DNA of 64,000 nt from Planctomycetota bacterium (lineage in GTDB: Bacteria > Planctomycetota > UBA8108 > SXIK01): the NCBI GenBank assembly GCA_965223845.1, contig CBDCXR010000004.1, positions 4,224,001-4,288,000 on the forward strand, written 5' to 3'. Shown here piece by piece: positions 9,591 to 18,506 of this stretch. Position numbers and translations under genes: made by a program. Numbering within the stretch: the stretch's first letter is position 1; every line of letters begins with the position of its first letter. Below the pieces are notes generated by a model. The model ran no database searches. It was given only the letters and a program-made list of their open reading frames with translations, and was not told where the DNA came from.

Positions 9591-10727
9591 TTATCCGGTC
9601 TGTTCCAAATTGAAGACGCGCCGGGCGTTTGCCTCAAAGAACTTGTGACGATCGTCCTGCGACATCGCAATCTCCTCTCCTCGCTTTACAGCGGCGTTCT
9701 GATCCTCGAAAGGATAATCGACGCCGAAAAGGACTCGGTCCGCGCCCAGCACGTCCTGGCAGAACCGAACCGCCGGTGCCCAGTTCTGCCCGCTCGACGT
9801 GACCGAGAAATTGTTCCGGAAGTACTCCCCAGGGTTTCGCTTGAGCCTTCTGGACTCCGCCTTGTATCTCGCTGGCATGTACTCGTAGCGGTTGTCGATG
9901 CGATCCAGGCAGAAAGGAATGCCCTCCCCGAGGTGCCCGAGAACGAACTGCAGCTTCGGGAAATCGTCAAACACACCGGAGAAAATCAAGCGCAGCGCGT
10001 TTAGGCTCGCTTCGGCTTGGAAGCCCCAAATCATGTGGAGCCCTCCCCTTTGAAAGGGGGCGACCATCTGAGGAGACGGGTTCCTCGGATGGATGTAGAT
10101 GGGTACTCCTAGTGACTCGGCAGCTTCGTAGACAGGCCACAAGCTCTCGTCGTCGACGTAGACTCCCTTCGTGTGCGAGTTGACCACCGCGCCCTTCATG
10201 CCGAGCTTACTCACCGCGCGCTCAAGCTCTTCTGTTGCGGCTCTCGGAGCCTGCGGCGGAATCGTCGCCAGATTCGAAAACCTCCCTGGGTACTTTTGTG
10301 CGATCGCGGTGACGCGGTCATTGACCAGCCGGGCGACTTCAACCGCCGTGTCCGGGTCGAAGACCTGGACTCCCGGCTGACAGAGCGACAGCACCTGATG
10401 GTCGATGCCGTCTTTATCCATCTCCGCGACCCGAATCGCGAAATCCTGGATCCGCTCGCCGCAGGACATTCTCTCGAGGGGAGGAAAACCGTTGCGAAGC
10501 CACGGTTCGCTCGGCTCCGCCCCCGGGTTCTCTTTCATGTACCTGGTCACCGCCAAGGTGTACTCCGGAATCACGAAGTGCTCCTCGGTGCCGATTCGCT
10601 TGTATGACTTCTTTCCCTCTTTAGGGGGCTCAACCGTGGAGGACGGACTCACACAGCCCATTGCGGCCAGTCCGGGAATCAGCAAGCCTCCGTTTCGGAG
10701 GAACTCTCTTCGTTTGATCTCGCTCAT
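9591..10727 (-). CDS. Amidohydrolase_2 family metallo-hydrolase/decarboxylase with Tat (lipo)signal
   Basis: IGTEEH, IYIHP, GHLGEGIPF and LFGVDYPF motifs; N-terminus KRREFL...LAAMGC. Confidence 0.88.
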   Translation of the reverse strand: MSEIKRREFLRNGGLLIPGLAAMGCVSPSSTVEPPKEGKKSYKRIGTEEHFVIPEYTLAVTRYMKENPGAEPSEPWLRNGFPPLERMSCGERIQDFAIRVAEMDKDGIDHQVLSLCQPGVQVFDPDTAVEVARLVNDRVTAIAQKYPGRFSNLATIPPQAPRAATEELERAVSKLGMKGAVVNSHTKGVYVDDESLWPVYEAAESLGVPIYIHPRNPSPQMVAPFQRGGLHMIWGFQAEASLNALRLIFSGVFDDFPKLQFVLGHLGEGIPFCLDRIDNRYEYMPARYKAESRRLKRNPGEYFRNNFSVTSSGQNWAPAVRFCQDVLGADRVLFGVDYPFEDQNAAVKRGEEIAMSQDDRHKFFEANARRVFNLEQTG

Positions 10728-10807
10728 GAGGAACTCTTTCGCTCCGGTGAAATCTCGACGAAATGCGCGCCGAAAAGCCTGCTCGGCCTTCCTGCGTGTC
10801 TTCCGAG

Positions 10808-11305
10808 CCCGTGTGGTCAAAAAAACTCACCCGGCCTCGCGGTAGTACCACTTGAGCACGCCTCCGAGCCGTTCGCGGCAGCGAATCGGCCCGTCTCGTA
10901 ACCGGGACGCCGTATCACGAAACAGCACGAGGTTTCGCTTGCCCTGATGCGGCCTCTCGGCCTGATAGTGGTTCTGGAACTCGGTGAGCGCCCGACGAAG
11001 CGATCCCTCGCCGAAAAAGATCATCCTTGAAAGACACTCGTCCTTGACCGTCTTCACCCATCGCTCGGCAAACGCGTTTAGGTTCGATTCTCCGCCGCGA
11101 GGTATTCGTTTCGGAGGAGCAGCTCTTCGTCGACCGACCCGGTCACGTCCGCAAGGAACTGCTTCCATTCCATCTCAATCTCGCCATCAGCCTGCTTGCG
11201 AGCGATGCTGATGGATTGAGGGCCGCTGGTCAAGCGATCCAGAGCAGGGAGGCGACTTCCGAGGCGGGCCGACTGGAGGGAGTTCGAGTATTCGGACCAG
11301 AGGGG
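10808..11305 (-). mobile_element. Family-1 non-autonomous mini element (~500 bp)
   Basis: Right end CCCGTGTGGTCAAAAAAACTC at 10808 and left end (revcomp CCCCTCTGGTCCGAATACTCGAAC) at 11305; transposase N-terminus ([19 protein letters not shown]) fused directly to its C-terminus (NLNAFAERW...YYREAG). Confidence 0.85.
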
Positions 11306-11330
11306 TACGGTTTGGTGCAATGGGGAGATC

Positions 11331-11480
11331 GTGGCCCAGGATGCAGAAGAAGGTGTTTTGCTTCCGCAGGAGCACACCGTACGCTGCAACCTGAAGCAGG
11401 GCTGGAACGAGACTGTTCTCGCCGTTGAGCAGGACGGCGGGGAGTGGGGGGTTTACGTTCGAGCGCTCCCTTTCGAAGCG
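11331..11480 (+). pseudogene. Fragment of a beta-sandwich domain gene
   Basis: LKQGWNETVLAVEQDGGEWG resembles the L-K-x-G-x-N...G-W-G motif of secreted beta-sandwich domains; stranded between IS remnants. Confidence 0.35.
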
Positions 11481-11613
11481 ATGCGGAAAGAGCGACACAA
11501 GCGAGTTTCGGCTCTTCGTCGAGCTCGCGCGAGCGATAACTGGGCAGGTCGGAGGGTGAACAGGTGAGATTGCTGGCCTGACGACGGTTGAGAGTTGAGG
11601 GACGAATCACCTT

Positions 11614-11665
11614 TGCTCCGCGTCACGAATTCGGGACTTCAGGTGGCGGACAACCGTCGTCGTGG
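11614..11665 (+). repeat. Degenerate family-2 IS end
   Basis: TGCTCCGCGTCACGAATTCGGGACTTCA...CCGTCG, similar to the end at 4423. Confidence 0.7.
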
Positions 11666-11924
11666 CCGTGAGGTCAAGAAACTCATCCGGCCTCACGATG
11701 GTAGAACCTGATGATCTTTTTCGACGAGTGATCGATTCGTCGAGCGCTCACCGAGTTCCAGATCCACTATCACGCCGAAAGGCCTCACCAGGGCAAGCGG
11801 AACCTCGTGCTGTTTCCCGAGACGCCGCCCCGGTTACGAGACGGGCCGATTCGCTGCCGCGAACGGCTCGGAGGCGTGCTCAAGTGGTACTACCGCGAGG
11901 CCGGGTGAGTATTTTGACCTCACG
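11666..11924. mobile_element. Family-1 mini element bounded by two right ends in inverted orientation
   Basis: Minus-strand FYHREAG-stop-TIR at 11666-11707, then a plus-strand transposase C-terminus ending YYREAG-stop-GAGTATTTTGACCTCACG; a further end-like motif at 11931-11949. Confidence 0.75.
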
Positions 11925-12005
11925 AGTCTCGAATAAGTTGACCCTACGGCGATGGTCGCGCCGTCCGTGTAGCTGCGCTATAAGGTCTCCTAACAACGTT
12001 GCTCT

Positions 12006-15000
12006 CTACCGCAGAGTAAGGACCACATCGCCGTCCTCCGACGGCCACGAGAGCTCAACCGTTTGCTCTTCGCTGCGACCGTCCATGCTCTTAGTGCTCA
12101 CCTGGTATCTTCCTGGAGGAAGCCATCCGAAGGTGCAGTGCCCCCAATCGTCGGTCCAGCCCCAGGCCCCTCGCGGCGCTCCGGCGTCTACAGCTGTCAA
12201 TACCACCTGCTCCTTGACAAGCCCAACACCTTTACCATCGACGACAGTCACCCCCAGGTCTTTGCCGCGCAGCGAATCCACTTCGACGTTCTCCAGAACG
12301 TCATTAGGAGAAACTCCCAGTAATCTTGAATGAGCGAAGGCAAACCCCGGCCCTTGCGCTACAACCCACAGCTTCCCCGCCCGCGCTCTTTCGAACACGA
12401 ATCTTCCGCGCTTGTCTGTCGTCACGAAGGCGCTACTGGCACTGGGGCTGGCGTATCCCCCCGTTTCTTTGTGGCGCACTACCCGCACCAGTGCCCCTTC
12501 GACCAAAGCTCCGTCGTGGCGCACAATGCCAGAGATCTTCACCGATCCCGGCTCTTCCTGAGGTACGACAACCAGAACTGCCTCTGAATTCCTGGATGAC
12601 AACAAGGGAACTGGCTGGACGAGGTCGTACTGCTCACTTCCTTCAGCGCTGTCAATCGAATACTCAGCCCGAAGTCCGTCTATGATCGCTATCCCGTTTT
12701 CATCGGATTCCGCCACGTAGGACAGCAGCCTGTCCGTCTCGGCGCGGAGCTTCACTTGAACGCCCTGGACGGGCCCACCGCCTTGTTCGAGCACCGTGAT
12801 CCGCATGGTGACAAGATCTTCGAGCAGGACTTCGACGTCCGTGACTTCTCCGACAGTCACATGCAGCGTCTGGACGTAACCACGAATGCGGTCCTCTGCC
12901 AGAGCTTCCAGCCTGTAAGGTCCTGGTCGCAGTTGCAGGGAGAATGACCCGTCCTCTCCGACATCGGTGTCAACAACACGAGGTGTTGACAATGAGATTG
13001 CTCGGATCTGAACTGAGGAGCCAGTTACGCGTCCTCGACTCAGCACTTGACCTTCGACCTGTGCCCACTTCTCGAATTGTAGGGTCAGAGGAGTTGGCGG
13101 ATCAGTGACTCGAAACGAAGCCTGCAGCCACCCCAGCTCCGGCTCGTTGATGTCCACCTCAAGCTTTGAGTGCACCCCGATACGTTGCAGGTAGCAGCGG
13201 CCGTCTTTGTCTGTGCTAGTGCTGACGGCCGTGGCGTGACGACTAAAACCCTTTGTTGCTGTCGCCGCTTTGAAAAACAACGGATAGTCCTCGATTGGCG
13301 AGCCCGAGGCATCCAGAAGAACAATCTCTTGGTCACCCGGAACGTCTAGTATCAGCGACTTCTCTTGCACAGCTATGCTCTCGACGGCCACGAGTTTTCC
13401 TCGAAGCGCAGGAGTTGCGTGTTCATCAAGTCGAACCCAGTACTCGCCTGGCTCGAGGCCGCTAATGCGATAGCGACCGTCGGCATCGCTAACGCATAGG
13501 CGCGAAGAATAGAGATGAGTCCTCTTCGCTTGCCAGCGTAGCTGTGCGTTTGACAGCAAACTACCTTGCTCGCTCATGACGAGCCCTTGCACAACGACGC
13601 CTTCTTCGAAATGCACTGTCAATTCCGGAGAAGGACCGTCTTCTGGCAGCTCCACTTTCTGCGCTGTCGAGAACAAGCCCTCTCTCCACAGAGTCAGCTC
13701 ATGAGAGCCAGGCGCAAGCGTAATCGCGATAACCCCTTCGCTATCAGTCAAGGCTCGTCCCCAGTGTGATCGCGTTCGTCTTGGAAGCACCAGCGCGCCG
13801 AAGTTCACGTCTGTCAGCGTCAACGGAGCCCCGTTCCGAGCTAGCAGACAACGCACTCGCACAAATGGGCTCTGCTCGACTTCAATGACGACATCGTTCT
13901 TGCAAGGTACGGCCACGTTGACCCGTTCCCGCTGGTGCCGCCCGGGTCTTGCTTCGAGTTCGTAGTGGCCAGCAGTTAGGTTCTCGAACACAAAACTACC
14001 ATCATCCTCGGAATACACCTCAAGCTCGCTGTCCGGTGTCCACTCTTTCGCTGGGCAGCCTTTGCAGCGCAGCAGCAACCGTGTGAAAGGCACTCCGGAG
14101 CCATCCAGCGACACCACCTGTCCGCGAATCGCATGATGAATAGTCTGGACCTCGTTCCTTTCAGGTTCCGAGACTTCCGTGATGGCGACGACCTTGGCCG
14201 GTTTTGGCTCTTCGCTGACTGGGGGAGGCTGCTGCTCAGAGGCTGGCTGCACAACAACTTCTGGGCTCGACGCTAACCGATCCTCCTCTCTGTCATTTAG
14301 TTCAATAAATAGGAGAAGTAGGGAACATAGCGCCACAGCAATGACGATACTGAAGCCGAGTTTCTTACTCAAGAATCCCCCTCCTACACTAATCACTCGT
14401 AATATCAGCGCTTCGCTCAGGCCGAGATTCCTCGCCTTCGCCGCGCAACCTGACGCGAAAATCCCACTTGTGGCAGCGGCAAGCAAGGAAAGCCGGCCTG
14501 CGCGTCGGCGCCACTCGCGCGTACTAGGGAACTGCTCCTTGATCTTCGCCTCAAACTCCCGCCAGAGACGATCACGCAGTTCGTCGCGCGCTCGCTTCAA
14601 CCTAGAGCGCACCGCGCTGTGGGACACACCGAGGGCTCGTGCCACTTCGCGGCTTGATTTGCCTTCGTAGTAGTAAAGGAGAACCGTCTCTCTCAACGTC
14701 TCCGAGAGAGACGCCAGAGCACGCTGCAACTCGGCTCGAATATCGTGGAGGTCCTCTGAGCTGGACTCAGACAGCGTCGCCGACGGCGTGTCGGGAGTCA
14801 GGATTGCCCACGCCTCTCGCGGGTACGATAGCAGCCTCTTGCGAGAGAGATTTCGTACTATTGCGAGGAACCAGGGGCCAAACGCCCCAAAGTCCCTGAG
14901 GCTCCTCAGGGAGCGGAGCGCCTGAAGGAAGGCGTCCTGAACGAGGTCTTCTCGCTCGCCCTCCTTCACCCCGACGGCGTGCGCGACCGCGAAGGCCTTC

Positions 15001-15104
15001 TTCTGATACCTGTGTACGAGAACCTCGAAGGCCGGGCTCCCGTCGGAGCTCAGAACCCTGCGAACCAACTTGGCATCTGAGAGCAAGGAGTTGAGTTTGA
15101 CCAT
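12006..15104 (-). CDS. ECF sigma-70 factor fused via a TM helix to repeated carboxypeptidase-regulatory-like (CarboxypepD_reg) domains
   Basis: Sigma2 (EDLVQDAFL...FGPWFLAI) and sigma4 (SSREVARALGVSHSAVRSRLKRAR) regions, a TM segment, then repeated 'IRGQVV...G...SEDDGSF.F..L..G.Y' units; start inferred at 15104. Confidence 0.85.
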   Translation of the reverse strand: MVKLNSLLSDAKLVRRVLSSDGSPAFEVLVHRYQKKAFAVAHAVGVKEGEREDLVQDAFLQALRSLRSLRDFGAFGPWFLAIVRNLSRKRLLSYPREAWAILTPDTPSATLSESSSEDLHDIRAELQRALASLSETLRETVLLYYYEGKSSREVARALGVSHSAVRSRLKRARDELRDRLWREFEAKIKEQFPSTREWRRRAGRLSLLAAATSGIFASGCAAKARNLGLSEALILRVISVGGGFLSKKLGFSIVIAVALCSLLLLFIELNDREEDRLASSPEVVVQPASEQQPPPVSEEPKPAKVVAITEVSEPERNEVQTIHHAIRGQVVSLDGSGVPFTRLLLRCKGCPAKEWTPDSELEVYSEDDGSFVFENLTAGHYELEARPGRHQRERVNVAVPCKNDVVIEVEQSPFVRVRCLLARNGAPLTLTDVNFGALVLPRRTRSHWGRALTDSEGVIAITLAPGSHELTLWREGLFSTAQKVELPEDGPSPELTVHFEEGVVVQGLVMSEQGSLLSNAQLRWQAKRTHLYSSRLCVSDADGRYRISGLEPGEYWVRLDEHATPALRGKLVAVESIAVQEKSLILDVPGDQEIVLLDASGSPIEDYPLFFKAATATKGFSRHATAVSTSTDKDGRCYLQRIGVHSKLEVDINEPELGWLQASFRVTDPPTPLTLQFEKWAQVEGQVLSRGRVTGSSVQIRAISLSTPRVVDTDVGEDGSFSLQLRPGPYRLEALAEDRIRGYVQTLHVTVGEVTDVEVLLEDLVTMRITVLEQGGGPVQGVQVKLRAETDRLLSYVAESDENGIAIIDGLRAEYSIDSAEGSEQYDLVQPVPLLSSRNSEAVLVVVPQEEPGSVKISGIVRHDGALVEGALVRVVRHKETGGYASPSASSAFVTTDKRGRFVFERARAGKLWVVAQGPGFAFAHSRLLGVSPNDVLENVEVDSLRGKDLGVTVVDGKGVGLVKEQVVLTAVDAGAPRGAWGWTDDWGHCTFGWLPPGRYQVSTKSMDGRSEEQTVELSWPSEDGDVVLTLR

Positions 15105-15231
15105 CGTATGCTCCCAGTTCCTGCGCGCGGCCGAATGTTGCAAGGAATCTGCAATCGGACCTTCTTTTCGCCAGCCTTTGATCCGCGCCGCGAAGATTCC
15201 GACGTCCCGCAGAGCAAATAAACTCATCGAG

Positions 15232-15400
15232 CCCGTCGGGTCAAAAAACTCGAACGCGGTTTGTAGACAGGGCTTCTGAGCCGAGTCCCTCACCGGGAGA
15301 ACGTCGGATTCGGGACTGTGAGGAGCTCGCTGCGGTAGGCGAGCAATCGCCCGTAGATCAGAGACGATTTCGAACCGGGTCGCGACCGCTCCACCACTCT
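15232..15400 (+). repeat. Family-1-type left end with a conserved non-coding leader
   Basis: CCCGTCGGGTCAAAAAACTCGAACGCGGTTTG...GAGCTCGCTGCGGTAGGCGAGC...GAGACGATTTCG; homologous to 24305-24454 and partly to 17060-17113 and 45090-45165. Confidence 0.75.
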
Positions 15401-15501
15401 GCGGTAAAACGAACTCTCTCTCGCCGGGACGGGCGTCCGCGCCCTGCTCGGCGGAGGGGGCGGTTCGAGGGGCGTTCTGTGGAAGGACTTGCGCGCTTCG
15501 C

Positions 15502-15696
15502 CGTCGTGTCCAAAAACTCAACGGTGCCGTAAGCCACGTACCTAACCGAGTTTGCTTTCGGGCCGTTCGCCCGATTAGCATCGGAAGTATGAACGGCTGG
15601 ATCAATCGCCACCAGCAAGGCATCATCGGCTACCTCGTGGAGGAGAACCGAGTCCTCAAGCGGCAACTCGGCGGCCGGCGTGTTCGCCCCGAAGAC
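15502..15696 (+). mobile_element. Left end and 5' fragment of a related integrase-core IS subfamily
   Basis: CGTCGTGTCCAAAAACTC end followed by GWINRHQQGIIGYLVEENRVLKRQLGGRR, a typical N-terminus of this transposase group. Confidence 0.75.
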
Positions 15697-15729
15697 GTCC
15701 TTTGTTGAGTTCGCGAGGCAGCGAGCGAT

Positions 15730-16059
15730 TTGGTGTCGGCGTGGAGGCGCGGAGTGGATTTGAAGACGTGCGTTCAGCAGCTGGAGCGGAACCTCGACGC
15801 TGCATTTAGCGTTCTATCTGAACAGGAACTTGAATCGTTTCTTTCAGCATCGGGTTTTGACGACGTTGCGGATTTGCGAAAGGCGTGTCGAGATGCGTCG
15901 CAACTAGGAAGACGGATTCTAAGTGCGCTGACGAGGCCAGAACGGAGGGGCCTCGAGCGTATCGGTAGTGTTCGAGTGTCGGAAATCGCCTCCGAAGCTG
16001 GGTGCGAACGGTCCGAGGTGTTGGAGGCGTTTCGTCTGTGGCAACTGGTATTGGGTTAG
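15730..16059 (+). CDS. Hypothetical protein or gene fragment
   Basis: 109-aa helical-looking ORF between IS remnants; weak start. Confidence 0.4.
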   Translation: MVSAWRRGVDLKTCVQQLERNLDAAFSVLSEQELESFLSASGFDDVADLRKACRDASQLGRRILSALTRPERRGLERIGSVRVSEIASEAGCERSEVLEAFRLWQLVLG

Positions 16060-16251
16060 GAGCGCCTACGATAGGAAGAGTCCGAAGAGTCCCCAAGAGT
16101 CCCGGAACTCGGTGCCCGTCCGAATTGACCGGGTTCATTCGTATAGCCCCCGAACCCCGTCCCTGTCCGAAACGACCGGGACAGTTTGAAACGACTACGC
16201 AGTAAAGTGTATCTCGACGAGCGCGACAACTCCCCGCCGGTACACTGTGGC

Positions 16252-16328
16252 CGTGCTCCGCGTCAAGACACTCCGGATTTGACCTCACGGAACACCGTCG
16301 TCCGACGGCGTGACCGGGTCAGGTGTCC
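16252..16328 (+). repeat. Solo family-2 IS end
   Basis: CGTGCTCCGCGTCAAGACACTCCGG...CACGGAACACCGTCGTCCGACGGCGT aligns with 4423-4498. Confidence 0.8.
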
Positions 16329-16373
16329 TGAATCGAAGCGCTGGGAGATCAGATTCAAGGTCGCGCCCCCTCG

Positions 16374-16694
16374 CTACTCTTCGGCTTCGAAGATCCGCTC
16401 GACGTCGCGAGCGCCGTGGAGGACACGAACAATTTCGACGGCGGCTTCAGTGACGCGGTAGAAAACCAGGTAGTCCTTGTACCCGGGAACAGGCCAGCGC
16501 CTGATACCCTCGAGCTTGTCGCTTCGATAACGTCCTGGCGAACCGGCAGCGGAGTTATCGAGAATGAACTCGAAGGCCCGCTCGGTCGCGTCGAGGAAGC
16601 GAAGTGCGGTTTCGACTCCGGCCTCTGTCGCGTAGTAGCCGGTCGCCTCGTCGATATCCAAGTCCGCGCGAGGAAGGATACGAAGTACTCGCAC
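16374..16694 (-). CDS. parE: Type II toxin, RelE/ParE family
   Basis: ILPRADLDIDE N-terminus and YLVFYR...VEIVRVLHGARD C-terminus. Confidence 0.92.
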   Translation of the reverse strand: MRVLRILPRADLDIDEATGYYATEAGVETALRFLDATERAFEFILDNSAAGSPGRYRSDKLEGIRRWPVPGYKDYLVFYRVTEAAVEIVRVLHGARDVERIFEAEE

Positions 16695-16939
16695 TACGGC
16701 GTCTTCTTGCCTGGGCGCGCGGTTAGCTCCTGGCGTTTGCGCTCCCAGTACTCCTCCGTGACGACGATAGGCTCGCCGGATTCGAGCCCTTCGACCAGCA
16801 GCGTCTCGAGCCTTTCGCGCGCGGCCTCCTTTTGGTCACGTCGGATGAGCTCGCGGATGTACTCGCTTGCCGAGCTGAATCCATGGCTCGCCCGCTCTTC
16901 GGCGAACGCGCGAAGAGAGGCGGGCAGAGACACGTTCAT
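16694..16939 (-). CDS. parD: Type II antitoxin, ParD family (RHH)
   Basis: MNVSLP...GFSSASEYIRELIR...LETLLVEGLESG; stop overlaps the toxin start; may begin at GTG 16966. Confidence 0.92.
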   Translation of the reverse strand: MNVSLPASLRAFAEERASHGFSSASEYIRELIRRDQKEAARERLETLLVEGLESGEPIVVTEEYWERKRQELTARPGKKTP

Positions 16940-17319
16940 CGATGTGAGCTTTTCTTGCTGGTCCACACCGATAGGATAGCCGCATGGCAACCGACTGGCA
17001 AATATTGCCAAGGCCGCTCGCCCCGAATCGGACGGAGCCGTCTCCCACTGAGGCCGGAATCCGTCCCGCGATCAGAGACTATTTCGCTCCGGGTCGCGAC
17101 TGCTCCACCACTCTAACTCATTGCCCAGAAATGCCTTGCAGCCCTTGGCAGGGCGTTCCTGGGACGAAAGAGGAACAGCTCGGCACGTCGGCGGATGCCC
17201 GGCCGAGGCGGGGAACAAACCGAGCCTGTTCCGCAGGTTGGGAACTCCGCTCGGAACCAGTGGGACCCGCCACGGCACGAGCGCTGCACGAAACGGAAAG
17301 GGACTTGGGCCCCCAGTGG

Positions 17320-17391
17320 CGTCGTGTCCAAAAACTCAACGGTGTCGTAAGCCACGTGCCTAACCGAGTCGACGAGTTTTTGGACAGGACG
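17320..17391. mobile_element. 72-bp MITE derived from the 15502 subfamily
   Basis: TIRs CGTCGTGTCCAAAAACTC / revcomp CGTCCTGTCCAAAAACTC (17/18); the first ~50 bp are near-identical to 15502-15551. Confidence 0.8.
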
Positions 17392-17446
17392 GGAGAGCCG
17401 CCACCGTGGACGAGAAGATCTGAGATTCTCGACTGCTCGAAATGAC

Positions 17447-18301
17447 ATGTATTCGAAAGTGGGCCGAGATTTGAGCGTATCGACCGTTCGAGGCGATCGA
17501 GCCATTAGAATAAAGAAGATCTTGTCTGTCCTTCTGGCCGTTTTTTCCGGCGTGGTCGGAGGATTGTTCCTGCACTCGCTATCGCGGCACCAGAACGAGC
17601 GTTTGCCACTTCGAACATTCTATGGAGACACAGTCGCTTCCGGAGAGTCGATCGACATAGAGGCTGTCGCGTCTCTTCCACAGATTTACCGTTCACCGTC
17701 GCGAGAGACGGTCGTACTCTCGGGCTTGGAGGCTCAGGATATTCTCTGGATTCTTGGCGGTGCTCAGGAAGGGGGCGTGATCTGCCTGGACCCAATGCCG
17801 ACGGGTACTTTTCGAGCGAAGGTGGCTCCGCGCGAGTCGGATGGCTTGCCTAACCCCCACGCATACTTAAGGGCCTTGGAGGCGTTCTCGCTCGATGGCA
17901 AATCGCATGTCATGAAAAGAGAGTCAATCGAACTGATCTGCCCAGACCCAAGCTCTGTGTCGTTGGAAGAGCTTCGCGATTCAGAATTTCGTTGGAGTTA
18001 CGACGAAGTGATTTGTTCGCGATACGGCGAAGACATTACTTCGGCTCGATCTGCGATTACCATTTGCGGCAACATGCGGGAAATATGCCTGGTGCTGACC
18101 CTTCTGTTTTCACGGCCTGTGGTCGACAGGTCATCCCTGTTCGGAAGGTATAAGCTGACACTAAAATGGCGTGAGCGACAAGGCGGCCTGAAGGAGGCGC
18201 TCGCTCGTCGGGGGTTTGTCCTTTCACCGGTGTATCAAGAGTTGGAAACACTTGTGTTACAGGGGGCAATCCGTGACAACGACTTCAGATCCAGCCCATG
18301 A
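17447..18301 (+). CDS. Membrane-anchored protein, TIGR03435/DUF3738-like C-terminus
   Basis: N-terminal TM helix; SRPVVDRSSLFGRYKLTLKW resembles the family motif RPVVDxTGLxGxYDxxLxW. Confidence 0.6.
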   Translation: MYSKVGRDLSVSTVRGDRAIRIKKILSVLLAVFSGVVGGLFLHSLSRHQNERLPLRTFYGDTVASGESIDIEAVASLPQIYRSPSRETVVLSGLEAQDILWILGGAQEGGVICLDPMPTGTFRAKVAPRESDGLPNPHAYLRALEAFSLDGKSHVMKRESIELICPDPSSVSLEELRDSEFRWSYDEVICSRYGEDITSARSAITICGNMREICLVLTLLFSRPVVDRSSLFGRYKLTLKWRERQGGLKEALARRGFVLSPVYQELETLVLQGAIRDNDFRSSP

Positions 18302-18506
18302 ACGACGGCAGAGGAATTGGGTGCGATTCGAAGTTCGGAGATCGATCGCCCCGGGACGGGTGGGCGGCCCGTGGACGCCGTTCCAATCGAAGAGCGCGGC
18401 GTATTTTTCGGTGTCTCTTTCAAATCCGGAGCAGGCGAGCCCTCTTCGTCGATTCGGCGGCCGCCGAATTGTATTTAGTTTGAGTCTCGGTGACGGCGTT
18501 TTTCGA

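Noticed and set aside
15105-15626. N-terminal 174 aa of the 1206-aa ORF
   Set aside because: Reads through IS ends and the antisense of a transposase fragment; sigma homology starts near Met at 15104
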